60,981 nt of DNA, taken from the NCBI GenBank assembly GCA_041653675.1, contig JBAZEY010000007.1:1-60981 (forward strand), written 5' to 3'. The DNA is from Patescibacteria group bacterium. Its GTDB lineage: Bacteria; Patescibacteriota; Patescibacteriia; XYB2-FULL-38-15. Of this stretch, positions 40,938 through 51,495 are shown one piece after another; position 1 is the stretch's first letter, and every line of letters begins with the position of its first letter. The position numbers and the translations under genes were made by a program. A model generated the notes under the pieces. The model was not told the origin of the DNA, searched no databases, and saw only the letters and a program-made list of their open reading frames with translations.

Positions 40938-43289
40938 TTAGTTTGCTGATATAAAACCAAATAAATAAAACTTGTCTCTATCCAGCTTGTTTTCCGATCC
41001 TATCGACGCTGCTTTAACTTCTACATTGTCTCCCGATTGCCAAGCTGGCTGCCAACTCTTTGGAAAAGTTAAATCACTAACAAAAGTTGACAAGACTCCC
41101 GATTGTTTCTGAACTAACAATTGGTACGTGGCCGCTGCTTCCCCTTTTTGCCCTATTTTTCTGGAAAGGTTATCCCACCAATTTTTCTCTGAAACGGGAA
41201 GAGAAAGTCTAAAGGGCAAGATATATTCTAAGGTGACCGTGGCTGTTTCTCCGGGGTCAACTTGAACCCAATTCCCAAAAACTGTTTTGCCCGATTCACT
41301 GGAAATTACAGTTCCGCTTGTCGCGTCAATCAAAGCGCCGCTCTCACTCTCTCTTACGTCGGCGTCTATTTTATAGTCGCTTTCCGGTTTTTCAAACAAA
41401 TCTGCCGGTGGTGCTTCAAAACCAGTTGACGAAACAAGGGTGCTTCCAGCCGGAACATAAACTCTCAAATAATCAACATTTCTCACCCCGGTAAATAATT
41501 CTCTCTTAATCCCCTCGTGCGCTCTCGTGATAGTCAGCCTATTTTTAACATATCCGCCCTCTACAATATTCGTCTCAAGATTAACTGTTTGTTTTATAAC
41601 CCGATCGGTTTTTTCTCCAGCGATATTGGTATTAACCACTGCCAAATAGTCTGTTTTTTCCGGAACTGCTTTTATTTCACCACCCCAATCAAAATTTTTG
41701 ATCTCATGTTCTATCTCCGGCGACGCAGAATAAAGTAAAATATCTTTTTGGCTCAACGCCCGAAGAAGCATTGCTAAAATTTCGCCAAATTGTTTCGGTT
41801 CGGCGGCAAGCAATTTAGCTATCAGTTTCGGCGCCATATCACTCAAAATTTTCTTTGGTTTATTTTCCGCCTTGTCATATTCTATTTCTACGGATTTTTG
41901 AATTTCTTCAATAAAATTTTCTTTACTCAAAATTTTTCCGTATTCCGGCATTTCAATCGGGCCGACAATGGCTAGCAGGTCGGCGACTAAATCGGCGTTC
42001 ACGGCGAGAACTCCGTCAACGGTTGGCCCGCCGCTTTTTTCATAAAACCATTTTATTTTCTGCGCGGAGGTTGGAAAATCAAAAAACCAATTCGCATCCT
42101 GAAGCTGCCATCTCGCCGCGATAAGCTGCAACGGTCCGGGAGAAACAATCCTCTCTTTTAGAGATCCTTGAAAATCATAAGATCCGCCGCCCGGCACCTC
42201 CATATTTTTTATTTCACCTCGATCAAAATCTACCAACGCCAAACTTCCAATAAATCCTCCTGTCGGCCTCACTTCTCCAGGATTTTGAAAAACTACTAAA
42301 TATCTTTTATCCATTTCGTCTCCCAAAAATTTTATCATTAGATCCGAAACGGAAATCAAATTTTTCATACTGGAAACGAGCTGCGGTAATTTTCCCTGCA
42401 AAATTTGGAAAACTTCTCGTTTATCCTCTGGCACGGCCTGAATTTTTACGGCGTACATTTTATCTGAAGCCAGGGCCACGTCCGGCAAAATTGCCGATAA
42501 ATTGTTTCTTAAAATTTTCAATTTTTCTGTCAACTTTTTATCACTCTCTGCGGCAGAAAAATCAGCCAAATTTCTTAAAACTTTTTCCCCAGCCAGAGTT
42601 AATTTTTCCCCGGCAAAAAGAAGTGCCTCTCCCGCTTCCAGCTTTTGCCCCTCGCCAGGCATAGCTCGAAGAAGATTTAAAACGATTGAATTAATTTGTC
42701 CAATTTCTTCGCCTGAACGAGAAAAGGCCCGCGCGGCCTCGCTAAAATTATCCGCTGCGCCATAAAAATCTGCGCCGGAAATTTTTACACCGCCGGCCGA
42801 TAAATTTGCGTAAGCTTCTTCAGCTGTCTGCAAGGTCGCCTTTTCGGTTTCCCGAAGCGATTCATAATAAGAAAAGGTCTGGAGCGGAAGAATAAAAAGA
42901 AAAGCTAGCGCCCCAAAACTTAATAATTTTTTACAATCAGCAAAGGCAAAACTTAAAAATTTAAAAAATCTAGGAATAGATAAAATTCCTAAGCCAAAAT
43001 TTCTAAATAATTTCTCTGGGCCGCGGAAAAAAAATAAAAAAAAGTTTTTAATGCTTCTTACGAGAGCAATTCTTGCCCGAACAAAAGTTAATCTATTTAT
43101 TTTTGCTCTCTTGACTGGAGTTTCAAATTTTATTGGAGGTTTCGATTCTTCTGAAAAACTCGTCCCCTCATTCTTTTCTATCATCGCTTTTTTCAAATCT
43201 AAAACATGCGGCGACGGATGTTCGCCAAGATGAGGAGAACTCATTCTTGCCCCCAAAACTTTTTCAGTTTTTTTAATTTTTGCCGACAT
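40938..43289 (-). CDS. DUF4012 domain-containing membrane protein
   Basis: Characteristic NPGEVRPTGGFIGSLALVDFDRGEI segment. Adjacent to the glycosyltransferase cluster. Confidence 0.7.
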   Translation of the reverse strand: MSAKIKKTEKVLGARMSSPHLGEHPSPHVLDLKKAMIEKNEGTSFSEESKPPIKFETPVKRAKINRLTFVRARIALVRSIKNFFLFFFRGPEKLFRNFGLGILSIPRFFKFLSFAFADCKKLLSFGALAFLFILPLQTFSYYESLRETEKATLQTAEEAYANLSAGGVKISGADFYGAADNFSEAARAFSRSGEEIGQINSIVLNLLRAMPGEGQKLEAGEALLFAGEKLTLAGEKVLRNLADFSAAESDKKLTEKLKILRNNLSAILPDVALASDKMYAVKIQAVPEDKREVFQILQGKLPQLVSSMKNLISVSDLMIKFLGDEMDKRYLVVFQNPGEVRPTGGFIGSLALVDFDRGEIKNMEVPGGGSYDFQGSLKERIVSPGPLQLIAARWQLQDANWFFDFPTSAQKIKWFYEKSGGPTVDGVLAVNADLVADLLAIVGPIEMPEYGKILSKENFIEEIQKSVEIEYDKAENKPKKILSDMAPKLIAKLLAAEPKQFGEILAMLLRALSQKDILLYSASPEIEHEIKNFDWGGEIKAVPEKTDYLAVVNTNIAGEKTDRVIKQTVNLETNIVEGGYVKNRLTITRAHEGIKRELFTGVRNVDYLRVYVPAGSTLVSSTGFEAPPADLFEKPESDYKIDADVRESESGALIDATSGTVISSESGKTVFGNWVQVDPGETATVTLEYILPFRLSLPVSEKNWWDNLSRKIGQKGEAAATYQLLVQKQSGVLSTFVSDLTFPKSWQPAWQSGDNVEVKAASIGSENKLDRDKFYLFGFISAN

Positions 43290-44397
43290 TTTGGTAAATT
43301 TGCAAAGTTTTCACGGCTAAATTTTCCCAACTATATCTTTTTACCCGCTCCAAACCTAATTTTATAAGATTTTGTCGCGTCAATTCATCCGTCCAAACAA
43401 ATTTTATTTTTTCTATCATCTCCTCTTCGTTTCTCGGATCAAAGTAAATCGCGGCGTCTCCATAAATTTCCGGGAGACAGGAAGAATCTGAAGCGGCAAG
43501 CGGCAAGCCATAACTCATAGCCTCAAGACCAGGCAGACCGAATCCTTCCACAAACGAGGGAAAAATATAAAGGCGCGCGTTTCGATAAAGATCGGCTAGA
43601 ATCGCCTCCGAAACAAAATCAGTAAAAATCACGTCTCTCTCAAGTGTCTTCCCTCTAATATCCTCCTTCATTCTTTTGTAAAAATAATCCTCGCGGCCAA
43701 CGAGCACTAACTGGCAATCTAAATTTAATTTTGAAAAAATTTTTAAAAATCCTTCTAAATTTTTATGCGGATAAGCATTACCAACGTAGAGAAGATATGG
43801 TTTTGTGATTCCAAACTTTGCTAAATGTTTTTTCTCTGGCATTTTCAGTTGGCCGTATTCCACGCCATCGCAAGCTTCATAAGTTACCTCTACTTTTTCC
43901 GGATTTATTTTGAAAAATTTTACCAATTCCTTTTTTGTACATTCGGAAACGGTGATAATTTTTTTCGCCCGCCGAAGACCAAGACCTATCACGATCCGAT
44001 AACCAAAATATTTTATTTTATAAAATAATGGTCCTAAGGTGGTCGCTCGCGGCGTTGGGAATTGAAGTAAAATTAAATCATGAATCGTGGCGACAAATTT
44101 CTTCGGACAAAAAATGGGAATATTAAAGTGCGGAAAATGAACTAGATCGAGTTTTTCACGGCCGATGACAATCGGCATCATAATTTGCTCTTTCAAACTA
44201 TACCAGGGATAGTCGGCTAAAACTTTTTTGAAATTGGAAACTTTGGGAGTGTAATAATCCCAATTTTCTTTCCGCAAAAAAATTATGTATTCATTTTGGG
44301 AATCAAGTTTTTCCAGATTTTCCACCAACCGCTCCACATACCTACCCAAACCCTTGCCCACCGGCCCAAAAAACCTCGCGTCAATGCCTATCCTCAT
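43273..44397 (-). CDS. glycosyltransferase family 4 (GT-B)
   Basis: MRIGIDARF.. N-terminus and a C-terminal E(x7)E-type FPSFVEGFGLPGLEAM. Confidence 0.85.
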   Translation of the reverse strand: MRIGIDARFFGPVGKGLGRYVERLVENLEKLDSQNEYIIFLRKENWDYYTPKVSNFKKVLADYPWYSLKEQIMMPIVIGREKLDLVHFPHFNIPIFCPKKFVATIHDLILLQFPTPRATTLGPLFYKIKYFGYRIVIGLGLRRAKKIITVSECTKKELVKFFKINPEKVEVTYEACDGVEYGQLKMPEKKHLAKFGITKPYLLYVGNAYPHKNLEGFLKIFSKLNLDCQLVLVGREDYFYKRMKEDIRGKTLERDVIFTDFVSEAILADLYRNARLYIFPSFVEGFGLPGLEAMSYGLPLAASDSSCLPEIYGDAAIYFDPRNEEEMIEKIKFVWTDELTRQNLIKLGLERVKRYSWENLAVKTLQIYQNVGKN

Positions 44398-44477
44398 ATA
44401 CATTATTATAGCAAAAAAACTCACACACGTAAAAAGAGGGCCTTTTCAGCCCTCTTTATGTTTATTTTATCCAACGA

Positions 44478-45626
44478 TTACTTATTAATTAGCGATAAAA
44501 ATTCATTTGTGGCCTTTGCCCAGCTGAATTTTTCCGCTTGCGCTTTGCCTTTTTCAATTAAACTGTTTCTCAAATTTTCATCGGTCAAACACTTTGCCAT
44601 TGTCTTAGTCATTTCCGCCGGGTTATAAGGATCAACCATTATCGCCGCCTCGCCCATAACCTCGGGTAGCGAAGAATTTGTGCTTACAATAACCGGCGTT
44701 CCGGCTCGAGCGGCTTCAAGCGGCGGAAAACCAAAACCTTCGTAAAAGGATGAATAGACAAAAAGTTTTGCCAATTTATAAAAAACAAATTTTTCTTCGG
44801 GCGCGATATAATTTATAAACTTTATATCATCGCGCGACGGGCTTTTTTCCGCCCTCGCCCAAATTTTTTTATAAAGCCATCCGCACGGACCGACAATTAC
44901 GAGTTTATAATCAGCCCTGTCCTCTTTTTTAAAAATTTCAAACGCCCGGATTAATCCTTCAATATTCTTTCTCGGCTCTAATGTGCCCAAAAATAAAATA
45001 AATTTTTCCGGAAGATTATATTTTTTCTTGACCATCTCGGCTTCTAAAATATTCTCGCTTCCACCGACACCCGAATAAATTACATTCACTTTTTCTGCCG
45101 CCACTTTATATAATTCCATCAAATCTTTTTTTGTATTTTCCGAAACAGCAATCATTTCGTCGGCGCCGCGGATTAATTTTTTAGGATTTATAAACCAATG
45201 CCACGTTCTTCGTTTCCAAGAAAAAAACTGAGGAAAAAATTCAAAAGATAAATCATGAACGGTGATTATTTTTCGGAGGCCAGACGACAGAGCAACAAAA
45301 TTTAAATGAGGAATAAAGAATACATCCAATTTATTCACTAACCCTAAACTATGAACTATCAACCGATCTATCTTCGGCCACTTTAAAAATTTAAAACAAA
45401 AATTTAATAATTTATTAGGCCAGTGAAATTCACAAAAATGGACATTAGAATATTTTTTCCACTCGCTCAAAAAATCTTCCCCTACTTTTTTCCACGAATT
45501 ATAAAAAAGATAATATTGGTTTTCTCTATCAATATCAAAAATGGCGCCGAGAAGTTGATAAGTGTACTCCCCAACGCCACTCCGTTCTTTTTCAAGTAGT
45601 GACCTTATGTCAATGCCAATATTCAT
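44478..45626 (-). CDS. glycosyltransferase family 4 (GT-B)
   Basis: MNIGIDIRSL.. and SSFYEGFGFPPLEAA. Confidence 0.85.
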   Translation of the reverse strand: MNIGIDIRSLLEKERSGVGEYTYQLLGAIFDIDRENQYYLFYNSWKKVGEDFLSEWKKYSNVHFCEFHWPNKLLNFCFKFLKWPKIDRLIVHSLGLVNKLDVFFIPHLNFVALSSGLRKIITVHDLSFEFFPQFFSWKRRTWHWFINPKKLIRGADEMIAVSENTKKDLMELYKVAAEKVNVIYSGVGGSENILEAEMVKKKYNLPEKFILFLGTLEPRKNIEGLIRAFEIFKKEDRADYKLVIVGPCGWLYKKIWARAEKSPSRDDIKFINYIAPEEKFVFYKLAKLFVYSSFYEGFGFPPLEAARAGTPVIVSTNSSLPEVMGEAAIMVDPYNPAEMTKTMAKCLTDENLRNSLIEKGKAQAEKFSWAKATNEFLSLINK

Positions 45627-45627
45627 A

Positions 45628-46728
45628 TTATTTGCTCCGAAATTCCTGCCAATTTTTTTCTATATAACTTTTTATTTTATCCTTAAAAACCGCCGTATCA
45701 AATTGCGCCGCGTGCGCCCTGATTTCTTCCGGTCTGTATTCTTCTGGATTAAATCTTATAATTGTATGCGCGAGCGATTCCCAACTTTGATCTGGAAAAA
45801 AAATTCCTGTTTTTCCTTCAGCTACGGTTTCCATCGCGCCACCTTTTGGATAAGCAATGACCGGCCGGCCAGAAGCCATAGCCTCAATTACCATTAAACC
45901 AAAATCTTCCTCTTGCGGATGAATAAAGGCAATACATTTTCCATACAATTCCTTTTTTTCTTCATCAGTTACTTTTCCCAAAAATTCAATGTTAGCCTTA
46001 GCCATCTCTTTTAATTTTTTAAATTCTGGACCTTCACCAAAAATTTTTAACGGAATTCCCAGTTTGTTAAAAGCCTGAACGACCAAATCAAATCTTTTAT
46101 ACGGTACAAGCCGCCCGCCGGCTAAATAATATCTTTTTTGAGCGGAAGAAATTTTAAATTCCGAGATGTCAACTGGCGGATAAATTACTTCACTCTCCCG
46201 ACCATAATATTTACAAATTCTCTTTTGCACGGTTTTGGAATTGGCGACAAATTTATCAACTCGCTCAGCCGCCATCCTGTCCCATATTCTAAGTTTCGGA
46301 AGCATTAAGGATACTGCCTTTTTGACAAGAGACCCGTGCGACAATTCTTTAATATAAAGATGTGTGTCGGTCCAAAGATATCTTGTCGGCGTATGGCAAT
46401 AACAAATATGCAAACTGTCCGGCCGGGTAATCACGCCCTTAGATAAAGCGCTTGAATTTGAAAGAACTACGTCGTAGTTATCCAACTCGTGTTTTTCCGT
46501 AGCCAGCGGCATTAAGGGCAAAAACCATTTAAAATTTTTTACTCCTCCGGGGATTTTTTGGATAAAGGATGTCTTGATATTTTTCCCCTCGAACTCCTTA
46601 CCCATTTTTTTCTTATCATAAACCAGGGTATAAACCGGAGATTCTGGAAAAATTTCCCGAAAAACTCTTAGCACCCTTTCTGCCCCTCCATCTTGCGTCA
46701 AGTGATCGTGGACCAAAGCAACTTTCAT
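45628..46728 (-). CDS. glycosyltransferase family 4 (GT-B)
   Basis: MKVALVHDHL.. and PQEEDFGLMVIEAM. Confidence 0.85.
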   Translation of the reverse strand: MKVALVHDHLTQDGGAERVLRVFREIFPESPVYTLVYDKKKMGKEFEGKNIKTSFIQKIPGGVKNFKWFLPLMPLATEKHELDNYDVVLSNSSALSKGVITRPDSLHICYCHTPTRYLWTDTHLYIKELSHGSLVKKAVSLMLPKLRIWDRMAAERVDKFVANSKTVQKRICKYYGRESEVIYPPVDISEFKISSAQKRYYLAGGRLVPYKRFDLVVQAFNKLGIPLKIFGEGPEFKKLKEMAKANIEFLGKVTDEEKKELYGKCIAFIHPQEEDFGLMVIEAMASGRPVIAYPKGGAMETVAEGKTGIFFPDQSWESLAHTIIRFNPEEYRPEEIRAHAAQFDTAVFKDKIKSYIEKNWQEFRSK

Positions 46729-46732
46729 AAAT

Positions 46733-48142
46733 CTAATCCCCTTTACCAAATAAAACGACTAAGGGGGTTTTAAACAAAATATACAAATCAAGTTTCAGCG
46801 ACCAATTTTCAATATAGTACGCATCAATTTTTACCTCTTCTTCAAAATCCAGATCGGCACGACCTGAAATTTGCGCGAGCCCTGTGATGCCCGGCTTTAC
46901 AATCAAAACTTTTTTGTGATGTTTTTTATATTTTGCCACCTCTTCGGGCAAATGTGGCCGCGGGCCGACTAAACTCATTTTCCCAGTCAACACCAAAAAA
47001 AATTCTGGTAATTCATCAATGCTGAAGCGTCGGATAAATTTTCCTACGCGTGTCACCCGCGGATCATCTTTAATTTTAACAAGAGGACCCTTCCGAAAAT
47101 CTTTTTCGGCTAACTCAGTATAACGCAAACTGTGCATTCCCGGCTTCATTGACCGAAATTTAAAATAATGAAACGGGATGCCATTCTGACCGACTCTTTG
47201 AACTGGAGAATTGTCATCCAATTTACTCCAAAAAACTGGACCACGCGAATCAATCTTGATAGCAATAGCCGTTAAAATCATTATTGGAGAGACGATGATT
47301 AGTAAAATTAAAGAACCAATTACATCGAAAATTCTTTTGTAAATTCTTCCCCACCCTTCGAGTCGAGTTCTCTTAATTTCCGCCACAGGCACGCCGGCAT
47401 AATCGCGAATATCAATTTTTGCCGCCTGCACGGAAAAAATGTCAGCCGAATATTTAAAAACAATATGGTGTTCATTGCAAAAATCAATGAGGGATAGCGT
47501 TTCCTCGCGAGTAGCTCCGCCCTGCGCCTGAATTATCTCGTCAATTCCAACTGCCTGACAGATTTCCTCGAGCTCCTTAGCCACTTCATCGTCAAATTTT
47601 TTATATCTCTTAATAACCTTCAAGCCAAGTCCTGAATTTTTATAAAACTCATTAACTAAAATATCAGCTGCCTTGTCTTCACCGATGATCACAACTCGAT
47701 GGACACCAACGCCGCGGCGGAAAAGCGCCCGCTGAACAAAACGAACTGCTAGTCGGCCGAAACTCACAAAAATAATGGCAAAAATCCAGGCGGCAAGAAT
47801 TATAAAACGGGAAGAAAATAATTCACGATTGAAAAATATTAAAACAATAATAACACCCAGCCCCGCGGAACATGCTAAAAATATTTTGGCAAGCTCATCC
47901 AAAATCCGCCGCGTTCCGCCGATTGTGTAAAGTCCGGAGAGGGCGAAAATAGCAAGCCAAATAAAACCAGTAAGGGCTGCTATATTTAAAAAATTTCCGA
48001 AAGGCATTTCATAAATAATCGGACGCAGCGCGGCAAAAGTCTCAAACCTTAAAAAATAAGCAGCCAGAGCTGCCACAATAAACATTAAAAAATCCAAGGG
48101 GACTAAAATGACGGAAAAAATAAGTTCTGATTTTTTGAGCAT
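46733..48142 (-). CDS. undecaprenyl-phosphate sugar phosphotransferase (WbaP/EpsB-like priming transferase)
   Basis: N-terminal TM helices. C-terminal bacterial sugar transferase domain (SLVGPRP, KPGITGLAQ). Confidence 0.85.
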   Translation of the reverse strand: MLKKSELIFSVILVPLDFLMFIVAALAAYFLRFETFAALRPIIYEMPFGNFLNIAALTGFIWLAIFALSGLYTIGGTRRILDELAKIFLACSAGLGVIIVLIFFNRELFSSRFIILAAWIFAIIFVSFGRLAVRFVQRALFRRGVGVHRVVIIGEDKAADILVNEFYKNSGLGLKVIKRYKKFDDEVAKELEEICQAVGIDEIIQAQGGATREETLSLIDFCNEHHIVFKYSADIFSVQAAKIDIRDYAGVPVAEIKRTRLEGWGRIYKRIFDVIGSLILLIIVSPIMILTAIAIKIDSRGPVFWSKLDDNSPVQRVGQNGIPFHYFKFRSMKPGMHSLRYTELAEKDFRKGPLVKIKDDPRVTRVGKFIRRFSIDELPEFFLVLTGKMSLVGPRPHLPEEVAKYKKHHKKVLIVKPGITGLAQISGRADLDFEEEVKIDAYYIENWSLKLDLYILFKTPLVVLFGKGD

Positions 48143-48174
48143 ATATTAGATAATAAAAGTGATGCCCTAAAATT

Positions 48175-48612
48175 TACCCGAGTAACTATAAGCCGGATTC
48201 TGTGCCCGTCCGACTTTTGGCCGGAGGGCGGTAACCATCTATCTAGATCCGCGATTGCTCGCGGACTCAAGCGGCTGTTTTTGGCCTTGCACCGGATAGG
48301 TGTTTTCCACGGCGCCTGTCACCAGGCTGTCCCGCGTGAGCTCTTACCTCACGATTTCAACCTTACCTCCGCCTTTCGGCGGATCGGCGGTGTATTTTCT
48401 GTTGCACTGTCCGTGGGCTTCATTAATTGATGTTCGATTAAGCTCTATCCGCCGCGTAAACGGCAAATATAGCACAAACAACAAAACTTACTCCCCGTCG
48501 CTGTTAGCGACTATCTCTCTTTCGGCTTTATGCCGAAACGGTGTCCGGACTTTCCTCTCTCTTTTCCCCGATTTTAAACGGAAAAAGGAGAGCGATTACC
48601 CATTACTCGGAT
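48175..48612 (-). ncRNA. rnpB: RNase P RNA (bacterial type A-like)
   Basis: The minus strand contains GAGGAAAGTCCGG (CR-I) and ACAGAATCCGGCTTAT (CR-V). P1 pairing is CCGAGTAA / TTACTCGG at the two ends. GC-rich island. Confidence 0.9.
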
Positions 48613-48693
48613 AAATTTTAAGGTACCAAAATATCCTTTAAAATATCACAAATTTATAATTTTGTCAACCCCCCTCTATCCAATCTTGGCGGC

Positions 48694-50469
48694 TTATTTT
48701 TGCTTAATTTTTTCAACAATTTCTGGTTTTGTAAGGTCTAACTTTATCCCTCTTTTCTCCGTCCACCGTATAAGTTCTTCCGCATGTTTAATATGCTCGC
48801 CTTTTTCTTCGGGACTAGACCAATCATACCAACGCAATATCTCTTCTAACCCCTTCTGACCGGCAACAGTAATTTCTGGTTTTGAAAAATCTAACACCGC
48901 ACCCTTCTTTTCAACAAAAGCGATATACTCTTCAATCTTTATATCTGTCCTTCCATGGCGCAATACTGATTCTAATCCATTCTGAAAAATAGTATCCATT
49001 TCTGGTTTATCAAAAACCAAGGGAAGAGCATTCTTTCCTGCCCAATCTATAATTTCTTTGACACGACCGACACCACCGAAAGATAATTCATACTCTAGTC
49101 CTTTTTGGCAGGCGGCTATAAATTTTGGGGACGTAATCTCCAAATTAATTCCTTTCCCTTTCGCCCAATCTATCAATATTTTAACGCTTTCAACATCCCC
49201 CGAGGACATCGCTCTTTCCAAAATATCCAAATAGCCAGAAATAATTTCAGGACGCCCAAAATCAAACGGCTGATTTATTTTTTTTGCTAACACAATTAGT
49301 TCTTCAATCTGGGAATAGTGATCTCTCCACGTCAGGTGTGGCAGCAACTTCTCTAGCCCTTTTTGCAGAGCAGAATCAATATTGATAGTTACGCCTACTT
49401 TTTTTGCCCAAGAGATAATTTCTTCGGCCGTGGGAAGGCTAAATGAATAAGGGCCAAATCGATATTCCAAACTTTCTTGAAGAGACGAGGCAACTTCCGG
49501 CGCAGATAGATCAACGTTAATATTTTTTCTTTTTGCCCAATTTGCAATTCTTCTTGAATAAGGAAAACCAGATTGCAAACCATCTTGGCAGGCCGCGGCA
49601 ATTTCTGGTCTAGATAAATCCAAAGTTACACCCTTTTCTTCAGCAAACTTAATTATTTTTTCAGCGTCATCCGCTGCTCCCCCCGACAAACTACCTTCTA
49701 AACCTTCCTGACATACTGAAAATAGTTCCGGACCGGTAAGGGTAAAATCAATCCCCTCGTCACTCATAAATCCGATGAGCCTCTTAAACCCAGTCATGGC
49801 TCCCGTAGATAAAAGTTTTTTTAGGGCCTCTTTAAAAATAAAACTTAAATCAATATCCATCCCTTCTTCTCTTGTCGAGTCAATAATTTTTTTAATATTG
49901 GAGATCTGAACTGCTGGAAATAAATTATTTGTTAATTTTTTCTCTATTTTCCTCTTTGGCCTTTCTCTCTCTTCTTTTGCCGTTTTTCTAAGGGTTTCAG
50001 CAAATTTAAAATATTCTAATTGTTTATCGGGGCTAATATATTTTAATACATACAAGGTTTCATCATTTACGGCACGATCGTGAGCATCTTCCAGACCGGC
50101 TTCAACATATTCTATTTCTCTAATCTCGTGGAACATTATCACCTCTTTAAAGTCATCCGGGGCTTGTTCGTCTTGATATATCCCTGTTTCGGGCAACAAC
50201 ACCTGGCGCAACTCTAAACGTAACGACAGACCGATCCCGCCTCCGGCCGATCCCCCCGAATTTAATGCAAAATAAGATTTTTCGCTTTTCGCGATTTTAT
50301 AAACTTGCTCGCCCAACTTCACTTCATAGCTCCCCTTGGATTCTCCAACAATCTCAACTCTGGGAAATCTCACCGTTTCCCTAATATATTGTTCGGCACC
50401 CTCGCCTCTTTCCTCCTCGGGTACCTCATACGGCATTGATCCCCCTTCCATCCCCTTTTTTCCGATCAT
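48694..50469 (-). CDS. large protein of about 10 tandem ~40-aa helical repeats (unknown family)
   Basis: The repeat unit is ..EEIIxWAKKKGIxLDLSxPEIxxAxQKGLExxL... Confidence 0.6.
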   Translation of the reverse strand: MIGKKGMEGGSMPYEVPEEERGEGAEQYIRETVRFPRVEIVGESKGSYEVKLGEQVYKIAKSEKSYFALNSGGSAGGGIGLSLRLELRQVLLPETGIYQDEQAPDDFKEVIMFHEIREIEYVEAGLEDAHDRAVNDETLYVLKYISPDKQLEYFKFAETLRKTAKEERERPKRKIEKKLTNNLFPAVQISNIKKIIDSTREEGMDIDLSFIFKEALKKLLSTGAMTGFKRLIGFMSDEGIDFTLTGPELFSVCQEGLEGSLSGGAADDAEKIIKFAEEKGVTLDLSRPEIAAACQDGLQSGFPYSRRIANWAKRKNINVDLSAPEVASSLQESLEYRFGPYSFSLPTAEEIISWAKKVGVTINIDSALQKGLEKLLPHLTWRDHYSQIEELIVLAKKINQPFDFGRPEIISGYLDILERAMSSGDVESVKILIDWAKGKGINLEITSPKFIAACQKGLEYELSFGGVGRVKEIIDWAGKNALPLVFDKPEMDTIFQNGLESVLRHGRTDIKIEEYIAFVEKKGAVLDFSKPEITVAGQKGLEEILRWYDWSSPEEKGEHIKHAEELIRWTEKRGIKLDLTKPEIVEKIKQK

Positions 50470-50491
50470 ATTTTAGAAAATTAATATTTTT

Positions 50492-51472
50492 TTATCCTAA
50501 CCCCGTCTTCTTTTTAACCTCGGCTAATGTTTCCGCCGCTAACTTTCTTGCCTTTTCTGCCCCAACCCGCAAAATCTCTTGCACTTTCCCCGAGTTCTTT
50601 TCTAGTTCTTTTCTTTTTTCACGGAAGTCCGCAAATTCGTCAGCAATATTTTTCGCCAAGATCTTTTTGCAATCAAGACAACCAAACTTCGCATGGCGAC
50701 AAGAATCCGCCACCATTTTTATCTGCTCGGGCAAGGACAAAATCTTATGCAAATTATAAATGTTACAAATTTCTGGCGTACCGGGGTCAGTCGCCCGTTT
50801 TCTCGCCGGATCTGTCACGGCCGGGGCTAGTTTCTTCCAAATTTGCTCTGGCGTATCAGAAAGCAAAATTCCCCCGCCGCCAGTCTTACTCATTTTTTTT
50901 GTTGGATCATCAAGAGACATTATTCGCGCTCCTTTTGTCAGCGCTTCTTTTGGTAAAGGAAAAGTTTTGCCAAACATTTTGTTAAATCGATTGGCAATTT
51001 CCCGCGCGAGTTCAATGTGCGGCAGTTGATCTTCTCCAACCGGAACAATATTTGATTTATAAATTAAAATATCCGCGGCCATCAAAACCGGATACGACAA
51101 AAGTCCAAGGTTTACATATTCCGGATGAAGAGCAATTTTTTCTTTGAAAGTCGGCACGCGTTCAAGCCAAGACACCGGCGTGATTGTTCCTAAAATCCAA
51201 GCGAGCTCCGTGTGCTCCGGAACGCGCGACTGAATTATCAATGTACTTTTTTTCGGATCAATCCCGGCCGCCAGATAATCTAAAACCACCTCGTATTTTT
51301 CCTTCGTCATTTCTTTCGGATCGTACGGCGTTGTCATGCCATGATAATCAACCACGGCAAAAATACAATCAGCCTCGTCCTGAAGTTTCAGCCAATTTTC
51401 AATCGCGCCAAAATAATTGCCGATGTGCAATCTTCCTGATGGCCTTATCCCCGAAAAAACGCGTGGTTTCAT
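50492..51472 (-). CDS. trpS: tryptophan--tRNA ligase
   Basis: SGIRPSGRLHIGNYFG (HIGH) and KMSKT. Start trimmed to MKPRVFSG. Confidence 0.95.
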   Translation of the reverse strand: MKPRVFSGIRPSGRLHIGNYFGAIENWLKLQDEADCIFAVVDYHGMTTPYDPKEMTKEKYEVVLDYLAAGIDPKKSTLIIQSRVPEHTELAWILGTITPVSWLERVPTFKEKIALHPEYVNLGLLSYPVLMAADILIYKSNIVPVGEDQLPHIELAREIANRFNKMFGKTFPLPKEALTKGARIMSLDDPTKKMSKTGGGGILLSDTPEQIWKKLAPAVTDPARKRATDPGTPEICNIYNLHKILSLPEQIKMVADSCRHAKFGCLDCKKILAKNIADEFADFREKRKELEKNSGKVQEILRVGAEKARKLAAETLAEVKKKTGLG

Positions 51473-51495
51473 AATCCGCACTAACAATTATTAAA

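Noticed and set aside
48300-48614. 104-aa plus-strand ORF.
   Set aside because: It lies entirely inside the RNase P RNA gene on the opposite strand. The GC-rich structured RNA explains the open frame.
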